Positions 28,215-38,700 of a stretch of DNA of 64,000 nt are shown piece after piece. The first letter of the stretch is position 1, and every line of letters begins with the position of its first letter. Made by a program: the position numbers and the translations under genes. Source of the DNA: an uncultured Bacteroidota bacterium (GTDB lineage Bacteria > Bacteroidota > Bacteroidia > Flavobacteriales > Flavobacteriaceae); assembly GCA_902523635.1 (NCBI GenBank), contig CABZAE010000006.1, positions 5,623 through 69,622 on the forward strand, in the 5' to 3' direction. Under the pieces are notes generated by a model. The model was given only the letters and a program-made list of their open reading frames with translations, searched no databases and was not told where the DNA came from.

Positions 28215-29267
28215 ATGAAGTTTTCATTTTATGCTATTGATTTAAAAAAGAAAATTCCTCTGAGAATTAGCCGTGGATTAAAATCTGGATCAAGAAATTT
28301 ATTTTTAAAAATAAGAGATGGCGCTTATTCAGCTTGGGGAGAGTCATCGCCTGGAAAAACTGAGGGAGCGGAAAGCCCTGAAATGATGCAAAACCAATTG
28401 GAAGATTTTATATCTCAAGGAATAAAAGATAATTCTATTTACGAGTTGTATGAGAAATCAAGGGAAATGGGTATTGCTCCATGTGCCTATGCCTCACTTG
28501 ATATGGCGTTATGGGATTTAATTTCAAAAAAAGCAAATATGCCTCTGTACCGCTATTTAGGCTTACCTAAACCGAACAAACCAACTTCAATAACTATTGG
28601 AATAAGCTCAAAAGAAGCTGTTAAACAAAGAATTTCATCCCTTTTGAATGATAATCTATTTAACTCTCTAAAAATTAAATTAGGTAGTTCAAATGGAATT
28701 GATGCTGACAAAGAAATGTTCAGTGAAATTTATAAAAATATTAAAGACAAAAAAATTAATGTAAGAGTTGATGCAAATGGAGGTTGGAATGTAAATCAAT
28801 CAATTGAAATGATAAATTGGTTGAGTAAAAAAGGAGTAGAATATGTAGAACAACCATTAAAAGAAGGAATGGAAAATGATTTAAAATATGTTTTCAAAAA
28901 AAGAAAACTACCAATCTATTTAGATGAATCTTGTAGGTTCTCAAGTCAAATACCAGAATGGGCGGAATTTGTTGATGGTGTGAATTTAAAGCTCATGAAA
29001 TGTGGTGGCATTACTGAGGGTATTAGAATTTTAAACGTGGCCAAAGCCTATGGATTAAAAACAATGATAGGATGCATGTCTGAATCTTCAATCTCAATTG
29101 CAGCATCAGCTTCAATTAGTGGAATTATTGATTATATCGACCTTGATTCTCATTACAATCTAAATCCTGATCCAGCAATAGGAGTTGATCTAATAAATGG
29201 GATAACCTCTATTTCTGAAAAACCTGGACACGGAGCTCAACTAAAGAAGGAATTTTATGCTTCATAA
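28215..29267 (+). CDS. enolase-superfamily dipeptide epimerase (L-Ala-D/L-Glu epimerase-like) or related N-acyl amino acid racemase
   Basis: 350 aa. KxK (SLKIKLG). Metal ligands VDANGGW, EQP, LDES. Second catalytic Lys in NLKLMKCGG. Confidence 0.85.
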   Translation: MKFSFYAIDLKKKIPLRISRGLKSGSRNLFLKIRDGAYSAWGESSPGKTEGAESPEMMQNQLEDFISQGIKDNSIYELYEKSREMGIAPCAYASLDMALWDLISKKANMPLYRYLGLPKPNKPTSITIGISSKEAVKQRISSLLNDNLFNSLKIKLGSSNGIDADKEMFSEIYKNIKDKKINVRVDANGGWNVNQSIEMINWLSKKGVEYVEQPLKEGMENDLKYVFKKRKLPIYLDESCRFSSQIPEWAEFVDGVNLKLMKCGGITEGIRILNVAKAYGLKTMIGCMSESSISIAASASISGIIDYIDLDSHYNLNPDPAIGVDLINGITSISEKPGHGAQLKKEFYAS

Positions 29268-30294
29268 AAAGTACAAAGTGGGTATTTACATGGAAGGCCA
29301 TATCTACAGTGAATATGGAAAAATGGGAATGGGTAGTCTAAGATATCTTGAAAATGAAATTGTTTGTGTGATTGACAGCGAATATCATGGAACAAATATT
29401 AATAACCATCATTCTTCGTTAAAATCAGTCCCAATCGTTAAAAATTTGGATTTGGCGATAGATTTAGGAATGGAAGTGCTGATTTTAGGTATTGCTCCGT
29501 CTGGTGGAAAAATTCCTAGCGGTTGGATTCCTGTAATTAAGAATGCTCTTTCAAAAAAAATTTCAATAGTAAATGGGCTTCATGATCTTTTGGGACAACG
29601 TTTTAAAAAATTGATTATCGACAAAAATCAATGGATTTGGGATGTTAGAGTTCCAAAATTTGAACCACAAATTGCAACTGGAAAAGCTGCAAATCTAGAT
29701 AATACCAGACTATTGATGGTTGGAACTGATATGGCTTGTGGAAAAATGACAACTGCATTAGAAATATACTCAATGGCGAGAAAAAAAAACATTAATTGTG
29801 GGTTTTTGGCAACAGGTCAAATTGGAATTACAATCACAGGTGACGGTATACCACTTGACGCATTTAAAGTTGATCATGCTTGTGGCGCTGTTGAACAAAA
29901 AATTCTTGAAAATTCCGATAAGGATCTAATTGTTATTGAAGGTCAAGGTTCCTTACTTCACCCCGGGAGCACAGCCACACTACCATTAATGAGAGGAAGT
30001 TGCCCTACTCACATTATATTGTGTCATAGAGCTGAAAAAGAAAATCTAAGATATCCCGAAAACATTAAAATTCCAGATCTAGTAAAATTTATCGAGTTGA
30101 ATGAAAACATTGCCAGTGTTTTTGGTACATTTTCGGATGCTAAATGCATTGGAATTTCTCTTAACACATCTAGATTAAATGATAAAATGGCAAAACAAAT
30201 TATTAAAAAAATAGAAAAAAAAACAACTTTACCTGTAACAGATCCAATTCGTTATGGAGTGAAAAAGCTCTGGAAAAATTTAATTATCAATTAA
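29257..30294 (+). CDS. DUF1611-family protein (P-loop-like; DgcN-type candidate)
   Basis: 345 aa. VGTDMACGKMTTALE block characteristic of DUF1611. 11-nt overlap with the epimerase gene. Confidence 0.75.
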   Translation: MLHKKYKVGIYMEGHIYSEYGKMGMGSLRYLENEIVCVIDSEYHGTNINNHHSSLKSVPIVKNLDLAIDLGMEVLILGIAPSGGKIPSGWIPVIKNALSKKISIVNGLHDLLGQRFKKLIIDKNQWIWDVRVPKFEPQIATGKAANLDNTRLLMVGTDMACGKMTTALEIYSMARKKNINCGFLATGQIGITITGDGIPLDAFKVDHACGAVEQKILENSDKDLIVIEGQGSLLHPGSTATLPLMRGSCPTHIILCHRAEKENLRYPENIKIPDLVKFIELNENIASVFGTFSDAKCIGISLNTSRLNDKMAKQIIKKIEKKTTLPVTDPIRYGVKKLWKNLIIN

Positions 30295-30361
30295 AAATCA
30301 TAATGGATATTTAACCAAAACATACTTGTTAGAATCCTTTTGATTAACTATCTTCATTGTA

Positions 30362-30925
30362 ATGAAAATGAAATCAAAAAACTACTTATTAAAAAACGTT
30401 GAGGATTATTGGGAAATTATAAATTATAATTACGATCAGATTCAATATGCAGAGATCAAATCAAGTGTAGTTGTTTCTGTCTACAGTTTATTTTTTACTG
30501 CTGCCTACACAATTGATGTACTTGATGATGAAAATGTTTATAATTTTTCGATGTCATCTTTCGTTGACTACATTCCCATGTTTTTTTTAATTCCAGTTTT
30601 ATATTTTACTATACTTTCATTTGCATCTTGTGTTCGTTGCTTTTTACCAAGACTCAAAGAATCCACACTGAAATCACCATTATTTTTTGGAGATATTTAC
30701 ATGGATTACAAGGACTTTAACGAATACCACCCTAAATTTAAAGAACTCAGAGATAATCCTGAGGATTACCAAAAACACCTAACACACATGGTTTATGTAA
30801 CAGGAAACATTGCATTTACGAAGTTTCTCCATGTTAACAAAGCGATCAAATCTTTAATTAGATCTGTAATTTTTTTTGTTTGTTACATAGCATGTTTTTA
30901 CTTAATTCAATTTATAACCAATTAA
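30362..30925 (+). CDS. DUF5706 / PycTM-like (Pycsar-effector-type transmembrane domain) membrane protein, stand-alone
   Basis: 187 aa, 3-4 TM segments. The pattern YAEIKSS..(TM)..(TM)..FLPR....SPLFFGDIY...F..matches my recollection of DUF5706, which is often fused to HD domains. No cNMP-binding domain. Confidence 0.55.
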   Translation: MKMKSKNYLLKNVEDYWEIINYNYDQIQYAEIKSSVVVSVYSLFFTAAYTIDVLDDENVYNFSMSSFVDYIPMFFLIPVLYFTILSFASCVRCFLPRLKESTLKSPLFFGDIYMDYKDFNEYHPKFKELRDNPEDYQKHLTHMVYVTGNIAFTKFLHVNKAIKSLIRSVIFFVCYIACFYLIQFITN

Positions 30926-30932
30926 AATCAAA

Positions 30933-32501
30933 ATGAAAAAACTATTACTACTTATCACAACAATTACATTAGTTTCATGCTCTGAAACGGTTGAAGCTGA
31001 AAGAATTCCTTGGACCACATCTTCAGAAGAAGCTCACGCTTTATTTGAAGACTTTCTCATCAGAGGCGAAAAAAGACTTTGGGACTCGGAACTTGCCGAA
31101 AAAATGATGGATTCAATCCTGGAACTTGATCCCGAATTTATTTTCGCTAAAACAAGAGACGGTTTCGGAACAAACATTGAAAACAGAGAAAATCTACTTT
31201 ATGCATACGAAAATAGAGAGAAAGTCAGTGATATTGAAAAAAGATTGATTGAATCTTTCTATGAGGTTTGGATTAATGGAAACAGAATCAAAGAAGATGA
31301 GATTATGGATAAATTAGTAGAAGATTATCCACAGTATTATCAACTTAGGATGTGGTCTGGTGACATTAAAAATAGTCTGCAAGATCCAAAGGCTTCACAA
31401 AAAAGATGGGAACAGGCACTTGAAATAAATCCTAAGGCTTTTGGTGCATTCATAAATCTAGCATTCCTACATTTTCCAGTTGACAATACCTTTGTTATGC
31501 TTGCTGCCGAGGAAAGAGATTTAAATGTTGCAATTGATTACCTTACTAAAGGATCTGAAATCTATCCAGAAAGTTCAAGATGGCCTAGATTTCTTGGAAA
31601 TGTATACAGAGCTCAGGGTGATTTAGATAAAGCCTTATCTGCATATGAGAAATCAATTGAACTAATTGAAAAATACGAGGGTAAAAAACCTGGTCCTTAC
31701 GGAAATTCTTTATTAATGGTTGGACATGTCAACACATTCAAGGGTGAATATGACGAAGCTAGAGATGCCTACGATCAAGGTATTGCAGTTTCCAATAATG
31801 GATGGAAAGTGGGAATGGGTAATTTGAAATCTCACACTTATATGTATCAAAAAGATTTTTCATCAGCAATAAGATTATTATCAGAACTACAGGAGGATAT
31901 AAAAGAAATGGACGAGGAAGATAGGTGGATTAATCAGAGACTTTCAGATGTAGAATTCAATAAGTTTTTGGCATTTGGACACAGTCAAAAGGAAGAAGAA
32001 ACATTATTATCAATTCAAAAAATGAAAGAACTTGCTGAAGCTAATCTGAAAATTAATCTTGAAAATGCTTTAAATGATGCTCAAAAAGAAAGAATTAACC
32101 TTGGTTTTAACAAATCTAGTTTATCTGATGTTATTTGGTATAACATTTTGTTTGGTAAATATGAAGAGGCAAGGGAACTTTTAATTGATTTTGAAGAAAT
32201 TTCTGAAAAGCAATTAGCTTACAATCCCAACGCAATGAACGCATTTCACAAATTCTCAGGTTATCTTAACCTCATGGAAGGTGATCCAAATGCTTCTATT
32301 GATTCATATTCTAACTTGACAGATGTTGTTCTAACTGCAGATAACTACCATATGTACTTTTTTGCGCTTGCAAAAAAAGCAGTTGGTGAATCCGAGGAAA
32401 GTGAAAAGATTTTCATCACACTTGCAAATGATAATTTTGCTCAATGGCAAAATGCAATTGTAAAGAACTTAGCAAAAGCACAAATTGAAGTAAATCTTTA
32501 A
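30933..32501 (+). CDS. TPR-repeat lipoprotein
   Basis: 522 aa. Lipobox TLVSCSE. TPR-like helices (ALEINPKAFGAFINLAF; YRAQGDLDKALSAYEKSIEL; GEYDEARDAYDQGIA). Confidence 0.7.
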   Translation: MKKLLLLITTITLVSCSETVEAERIPWTTSSEEAHALFEDFLIRGEKRLWDSELAEKMMDSILELDPEFIFAKTRDGFGTNIENRENLLYAYENREKVSDIEKRLIESFYEVWINGNRIKEDEIMDKLVEDYPQYYQLRMWSGDIKNSLQDPKASQKRWEQALEINPKAFGAFINLAFLHFPVDNTFVMLAAEERDLNVAIDYLTKGSEIYPESSRWPRFLGNVYRAQGDLDKALSAYEKSIELIEKYEGKKPGPYGNSLLMVGHVNTFKGEYDEARDAYDQGIAVSNNGWKVGMGNLKSHTYMYQKDFSSAIRLLSELQEDIKEMDEEDRWINQRLSDVEFNKFLAFGHSQKEEETLLSIQKMKELAEANLKINLENALNDAQKERINLGFNKSSLSDVIWYNILFGKYEEARELLIDFEEISEKQLAYNPNAMNAFHKFSGYLNLMEGDPNASIDSYSNLTDVVLTADNYHMYFFALAKKAVGESEESEKIFITLANDNFAQWQNAIVKNLAKAQIEVNL

Positions 32502-32510
32502 TTCTGAATT

Positions 32511-35500
32511 TTGAATCGACACTTTGCAATATCATTAATATTCCTTTCGTTTAGTTACTTTGGGAGTTCTCAAATTTCTGATCTAGAACTCCCACTAAGC
32601 TCTGAAAATGTTCTTGATATTAAAAAACAAAAAAGTGGACTCTTATGGGCTGCAACAGACGAGGGTTTGAATGTATTTTATGATAATGAAAAATATGTTT
32701 TTTACTCAGACATACAGGACAGTCTAAGTATTCTTAACTCAAAAATTGATAAACTGTTTGTAACATCTAATGACATTTTGATAACCCTTTCACAGGACGG
32801 GCTAAGCGTATTTAATAGTGAGGCATTTAATTTTCAACAAATTAAATTGGAATCTAAACCGATTTTTATAGTTGAAGATCTCATTTCATCAAAATTTTGG
32901 GTTGCAACTGAAAATAGTGGATATTACGTACTCAACGCAAGTTTTAAATTAGATGGTCATTATAAATTTGATCCTCTTAGTCCATTATCAATTTCTACAT
33001 CAAACTTAGTTGGTTCTAAAAAAGAGTCAATTATATTTAATGACGATAAGGTTTTTATTGCCACAAAAAACGGTTTTAATTTATTTGACAAAAACCTAAA
33101 AACATTCAAAAGATTTTTCCGTGGAAAAAAGACACTTTTCACAACAAACAATATCATTGGTATTAGTAAGATCAATGATAAAATTTTAGTAGCTTCTGAA
33201 AAAGAAGTTGTGATTTTTGATCCCAATAAAAATGAATTTGAATCGAGGGTAGAAACATTTGGTGATATCAAATCTTTACATAAATCTGTAGAAAATAAGA
33301 CATACATTCGAACAACCAATACGAATTATGTAATCTCAGATTTAACTAAGAGTGATTACTTAGAGAATGTTAGAAATATAAAAGTTCCGGATGAAGAATA
33401 TGTAATTATTGACGATTTTAAAACTAATTATTTCTGGTCTAAAGGCAGTAATTTAATAACCACAGCTGATATCAACCTAAAAAACATAAAAAAAATTAAA
33501 TTGGATGGGCTCATAAATTCAATTTATTCTGACAATAGTCAGATTTTAATAGGAACAAACAATGGAGCAAAATCTATTAGTCTTGATAACATCGGTGTAA
33601 ATAAAATTGGTGACTTCACATCATCAAATTTTTTTCATGTTTACAATAATAAGCTGGTTAATATAACAGGGAATAGTATACAACTTAAAGAAAAAAATAA
33701 TAGGATAAAAAGTATAACAGTCCCAATCAATCTTGCCCAGATGTCATACTCAGCCAATGATAATTTAATATATTTTGGATCCAAGGATATTCACTTGTTT
33801 GACATAGATAAAGAAGTTTTTTATAAATCAATTGTAAATGGTTCTTCATTTAACGGATATCAAATTAATAATTTGAAAATTGTTGAAAATAAATTATTTG
33901 TGTCACATGATAATGGAATATTTGAAATTTCAAACAAAGAGATTGGCAATTACAAGTCAGAGTTGAATATTCTTTTTTATGATTATAATGAGCTGTTAAA
34001 CAGTAGTATCCCTAAAGGTTTTATTGATATCGAAAAAATTGACTCAAATTATTATGTTACTAATCAACAATCTGGTCTATCATTGTATGAAAATGACTTC
34101 AATTCTTTTGTAAAAAGTTTCACCTTTAATGGAGATCCTACCAAATCATTGGCAAGCTCAACGCCAACAAAATTATTGTACAATGATGATGAAGAAACAC
34201 TCTTCATAGGTTCAATCGGTTCCGGACTATTTAAATACGAAATTGAAAACGAGACTTTTTCAAATTTAAATCTAAATGATGGGATGCTTTCCAATAATGT
34301 ATATGATTTTTTAAAATTTGATAATAAAGTTTTTTTTCAATCAGGAACTGGGATAAATTTTATTGAAAATGGTTTAGTCAAAAATATAACTTATGAAGAT
34401 GGGCTAAATCTGGTTTCTTATCACGACCAATCTCTTCACGCTTTTGGTGATGAATTATTGATCTCTGCAAATGAAATGATTCAAACTTTTTCTTTAGAGT
34501 CAATTGAATCCTCAAATAATAATTTTAACATTAATGCATTTAATGTTACTGGAATTGATGAGTTAAATAATAAGAAAATTGTTCCAGTAAATGAAAACAA
34601 AATTGAAATAGATTACCAAACTAAAACGATTTTATTTGACTTATTTTCTAATAATAGTTATAAGGAAAATCAATTACAGTATTTTGTTGAGAAAATCGAT
34701 TCTGATGAAATTGTAAAAAACGGTTACAATAACCAAATTCAGCTCAGTGGACTCCCCTACTACACATCCGATCTTAGCTTTTATGCTGTAAATGGAAATG
34801 GAGTAAAAAGTAATAATACGATTGAGATCTCCGTATATAATGCTCCCCCTTGGTGGCTTAGAATCGAAACAATTGTTGGTTATGTCATCTTATTAATCGG
34901 TTTTGTATCCTTCTTCGTAAAATACAGGGAAAAGAAAACTAAAGAACGAATGGAAGGTGAAAGAAAATCTGCTGAACTTGAGGAAGCAAAAGAATTACAA
35001 AATAGCCTTCTTCCAAAAGTACTCCCTCAAATTGAGGGTTTTGACATAAGTACTTATCTAAAACCTGCAACAGAAATCGGGGGTGACTACTACGATTTTT
35101 TCTACAAAAAAGGTGAATACTTCTATGCCATATGTGGAGATGCTACCGGTCATGGTGTGATTTCAGGAATAATGGTTTCTGTAACCAAAGCAGGACTACA
35201 CGGAGTTCCCATGGGTGATCCAACAAAAATTTTAGGGCAGCTCAATAGGATTGTAAAGCGAGTTAATTTTGGAAGGCTAAGAATGAGTTTGAGTGTAGCA
35301 AAGTTTAATAAAACTGCTGTCGAATTAAGCTCTGCAGCAATGCCACCTACCTACTTCTTCTCATCTAAATCTAAAAAAGTGGAAGAAGTTTTGGTTCCTA
35401 ATCTACCACTTGGTGGGATTGAAACTGAAAAGTTTGATGGTGTAAAAAAAGAATTTAAAAGTGGTGATGTAATGGTGATGATTTCAGATGGACTTCCTGA

Positions 35501-35681
35501 ACTTCCTAACCCTGCAAATGACTTATTGGATTATGAAAAGGTTCAAAAATGTATCAAAGATAACGCTGAGAAAAGTGCAGATGAAATAAAAGAAGCGCTC
35601 GTCTATCTCTCAGATGAATGGGCAAGTGGTGTGATGAACCCTGATGATATTACCATAGTTGTAATAAAAAAAGCTGCTTAA
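32511..35681 (+). CDS. sensor PP2C (SpoIIE-family) phosphatase: degenerate beta-propeller ectodomain, TM, coiled coil, PP2C
   Basis: 1056 aa. Signal peptide. Long repeat-rich ectodomain. TM (IVGYVILLIGFVSFFV). PP2C motifs GGDYYDFF and CGDATGHGVISG, and DGLPE. Confidence 0.85.
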   Translation: MNRHFAISLIFLSFSYFGSSQISDLELPLSSENVLDIKKQKSGLLWAATDEGLNVFYDNEKYVFYSDIQDSLSILNSKIDKLFVTSNDILITLSQDGLSVFNSEAFNFQQIKLESKPIFIVEDLISSKFWVATENSGYYVLNASFKLDGHYKFDPLSPLSISTSNLVGSKKESIIFNDDKVFIATKNGFNLFDKNLKTFKRFFRGKKTLFTTNNIIGISKINDKILVASEKEVVIFDPNKNEFESRVETFGDIKSLHKSVENKTYIRTTNTNYVISDLTKSDYLENVRNIKVPDEEYVIIDDFKTNYFWSKGSNLITTADINLKNIKKIKLDGLINSIYSDNSQILIGTNNGAKSISLDNIGVNKIGDFTSSNFFHVYNNKLVNITGNSIQLKEKNNRIKSITVPINLAQMSYSANDNLIYFGSKDIHLFDIDKEVFYKSIVNGSSFNGYQINNLKIVENKLFVSHDNGIFEISNKEIGNYKSELNILFYDYNELLNSSIPKGFIDIEKIDSNYYVTNQQSGLSLYENDFNSFVKSFTFNGDPTKSLASSTPTKLLYNDDEETLFIGSIGSGLFKYEIENETFSNLNLNDGMLSNNVYDFLKFDNKVFFQSGTGINFIENGLVKNITYEDGLNLVSYHDQSLHAFGDELLISANEMIQTFSLESIESSNNNFNINAFNVTGIDELNNKKIVPVNENKIEIDYQTKTILFDLFSNNSYKENQLQYFVEKIDSDEIVKNGYNNQIQLSGLPYYTSDLSFYAVNGNGVKSNNTIEISVYNAPPWWLRIETIVGYVILLIGFVSFFVKYREKKTKERMEGERKSAELEEAKELQNSLLPKVLPQIEGFDISTYLKPATEIGGDYYDFFYKKGEYFYAICGDATGHGVISGIMVSVTKAGLHGVPMGDPTKILGQLNRIVKRVNFGRLRMSLSVAKFNKTAVELSSAAMPPTYFFSSKSKKVEEVLVPNLPLGGIETEKFDGVKKEFKSGDVMVMISDGLPELPNPANDLLDYEKVQKCIKDNAEKSADEIKEALVYLSDEWASGVMNPDDITIVVIKKAA
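34974..35681 (+). repeat. 708-nt near-identical paralogous segment, copy A (PP2C effector half)
   Basis: Collinear without indels with 38246..38953 (constant offset 3272). Roughly 90% aa identity by eye, with a 63-aa identical run. Confidence 0.85.
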
Positions 35682-35701
35682 GTACTAAAAGGTTTACATT
35701 A

Positions 35702-38700
35702 ATGGAAAGCATAGCAAAAATCAATTATCTATTTTTTTCTCTTTCTTTACTTATAGTTACCCAATTATCATCACAAGATTTTAAAGATAATTCTGAATAT
35801 GAGTTTGAGAAATACGCAGTCGAGGAAGGAACAGCAATGAATGCCTCTCAGGTTGTATTTGAGGATAGTAATGGTTTCATATGGCTTGGATCTCAAAGTG
35901 GTATAGATAGATTTGATGGTTACGAATTTATTAATTATGCAAATATTTCCTCTGACTCGTTATCAACTAATCTTACTTGGGTTAACACTATTTCCGAAGA
36001 TAGATTTGGAAATATTTGGGCTGCTGATCAATTTGGTAATGTTTCAAATTATAAAAGACTGGAAGATAAATGGTATAATTATTATCCTGAGTATAAAGAT
36101 TTAATTACTAATATTCCCGAGGGCACAAATTTAAATTTTAGCTACCAACCGAGCTCGATTGTAGTTAGTAAAGACGGAAGATACTCTTTTGTTGGTGTTT
36201 TTCGTTTTGGTTTAATCAGAATAGACTCAGAAACAGGTACTCAAAAATACTATCAAGATGATTTTAAGTTTTCTGAATGGTATGACATTAATTCTGCAGA
36301 TAAAATGATTAATGAAATGGAATGGTTAGATGATACAAGAATTTTGATCGCTACTGGAGACGGCCTTAGAGTTTTTGATATTGAAAAAGAGACCTACACA
36401 GATGAATTTTTAAGAACACAAAATAAAGACCAAGGAAACTTTCCTGAAGACAGGGTATGGATCAGAAATTTTGAAATAATCGATGAAAACAATTTGTGGA
36501 TATCAGGTCGGAATGGAGTTATCTACAAAGTAAATTTAAAAGAAAATTCTCTAGAAAATTACAGTGAAAAAACAGATTTATCAAATTCAGAAGCCTCACA
36601 AATTTTATTGGATAAAAAAAATAATCAACTTTGGGTTAATATTCAAAATATTGGAATTGATATTCTTGATATAGAGACAAATCAAGTAAATAACCTCAGA
36701 AATTACAATTCTCCACTTATCGGCAAAGAGTTCAACAATATTATAAAAGATAAACAACAAAATATATGGATTTCAAGTGCTACGGATGGATTATTAAAAT
36801 TTGATCCAAACAAAAAAAAATTTAAAGCTTACTCAAAAGATGAACCTTCTGAATTTAAATTAGATTTTTCTATCGCTTGGGGGGCACACATTGACAGGAA
36901 GGGTGTTGTCTGGGTTGGTACCAGAGACCCAGGGGGTGGTATTGTAGGATTGGACTTCAAAAATAATAGAAGGTATTCGTCAGGAAAGATTAATAATAAC
37001 TCAGCAGGCGGATATAACATTACTGAGGATAATGTCGGAAATATTTGGGCAATACGAGGATCTGACGGTATTTGGTTGAAAAAAAATGATGAGGAACAGT
37101 TTAAATTTCTCGGTTCTTACACTAATCAACTTAGAAACGATAAAAGTTATTTAGACAATCTTGTTCAAGGTCATTTAACATATGACAAAAATCTAATAAT
37201 CCCAAGTGAACGTACGGTTTGGCTAGCTGATAAAAACGGAAATCCTGTTTATGAAGAATACACTAGGTTAACAAATGGGATTAAAAACAGAATAAGAGCA
37301 TTTCACAGAAAAGACTCAATTTCAACCTATGTTGTAGCTGATAAATCAATATGGTTGTGGGACGAAAAAGGCAATAAATTCAAGGATTTGACACCTGATT
37401 TAGATATTCCGATCTTTGAAACACTCGCACAATCTCCAGTAGCTGTTCTCAAAAACAAAATGTATATACCTACCTACGGAAGCGGTATCATTGTTGTGGA
37501 TTTTGAAACTCAAGACTTAAGTTATATAACAACAAATGAGGGACTTCCTAACATGTATTTATATAACATGTTTCTAGACAAGGATAATTTTCTATGGATG
37601 TCCTCTAATCAGGGTATTTTGAAATATGATCCTGAAAAATTAGAATTTAAACAATATACCCCTGTTGATGGAACACAAGAATATGAATATAATGCTGGGA
37701 GTGCATGGCAATCAGATGATGGTTACATAGTGATGGGAGGTTTGAATGGGATTAATTATTTTAATCCTTCTACGCTGAATGAGAACCGATTGCCACCCAA
37801 GGTTCTTATAAAAAACATAAATATAGGTGGAATAAATAAAAAGTTTGAATCTGTATCAAATAATGAATATGTTGATATTGAATTTAAAAATAATTCAATA
37901 TCCTTCGAATATTTAGCACTCAGCTTTAGAAATACTGCTCAAAATCAATATAGGTATAAAATGGAGGGTTATGATTCTAATTGGATCGAAGCTGGAACAA
38001 GAAGATTTGCGAGCTATACCAATTTACCTATTGGAACTTATACATTTAGAGTTATTGGCTCAAACAATGACGGCGTATGGAACGAGATAGGTGCTAGTTA
38101 CAAACTCAACATTCTTCCTCCATGGTATAGAACCTATTTCGCATATGGAGGCTATGTTTTACTATTAATTTTCGGATTTAGATCTTTTGGAAAGTATCAG
38201 GCTAAAAAATCAATTGTTCAAGCTAATAACAAAAGAAGAAATAAAGAACTTCAAGAAGCAAAAGAATTACAAACTAGTTTATTACCAAAAGTTAATCCAA
38301 CAATCCCAGGTTATAAAATCAGTACTTATCTTAAATCAGCCACAGAAGTTGGTGGTGACTACTACGACTTTTTCTACAAAAAAGGTGAATACTTCTATGC
38401 TATATGTGGAGATGCTACCGGTCATGGTGTGATTTCGGGAATGATGGTTTCCGTTACAAAAGCAGGATTACATGGTATTCCCATGGCTGAACCATCAAAA
38501 ATTTTAGGACAATTGAACCAAATTGTTAAAAAAGTTAATTTTGGGAGACTCAGAATGAGTTTAAGTGTAGCAAAATTCAATCCTAATAATGTCGAATTGA
38601 GCTCTGCAGCAATGCCTCCCACCTATTTCTTTTCCTCAAAATCTAAAAAAGTGGAAGAAGTTTTAGTTCCTAATCTGCCACTTGGTGGTATTGAAACAGA

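Noticed and set aside
31325-31333. Perfect DnaA box TTATCCACA, with parAB and dnaX in the same window, suggesting oriC.
   Set aside because: It is a single box inside the TPR lipoprotein coding sequence. There is no cluster of boxes, no AT-rich unwinding element and no dnaA/dnaN nearby. One 9-mer hit in 128 kb of double-stranded AT-rich sequence is not unexpected.
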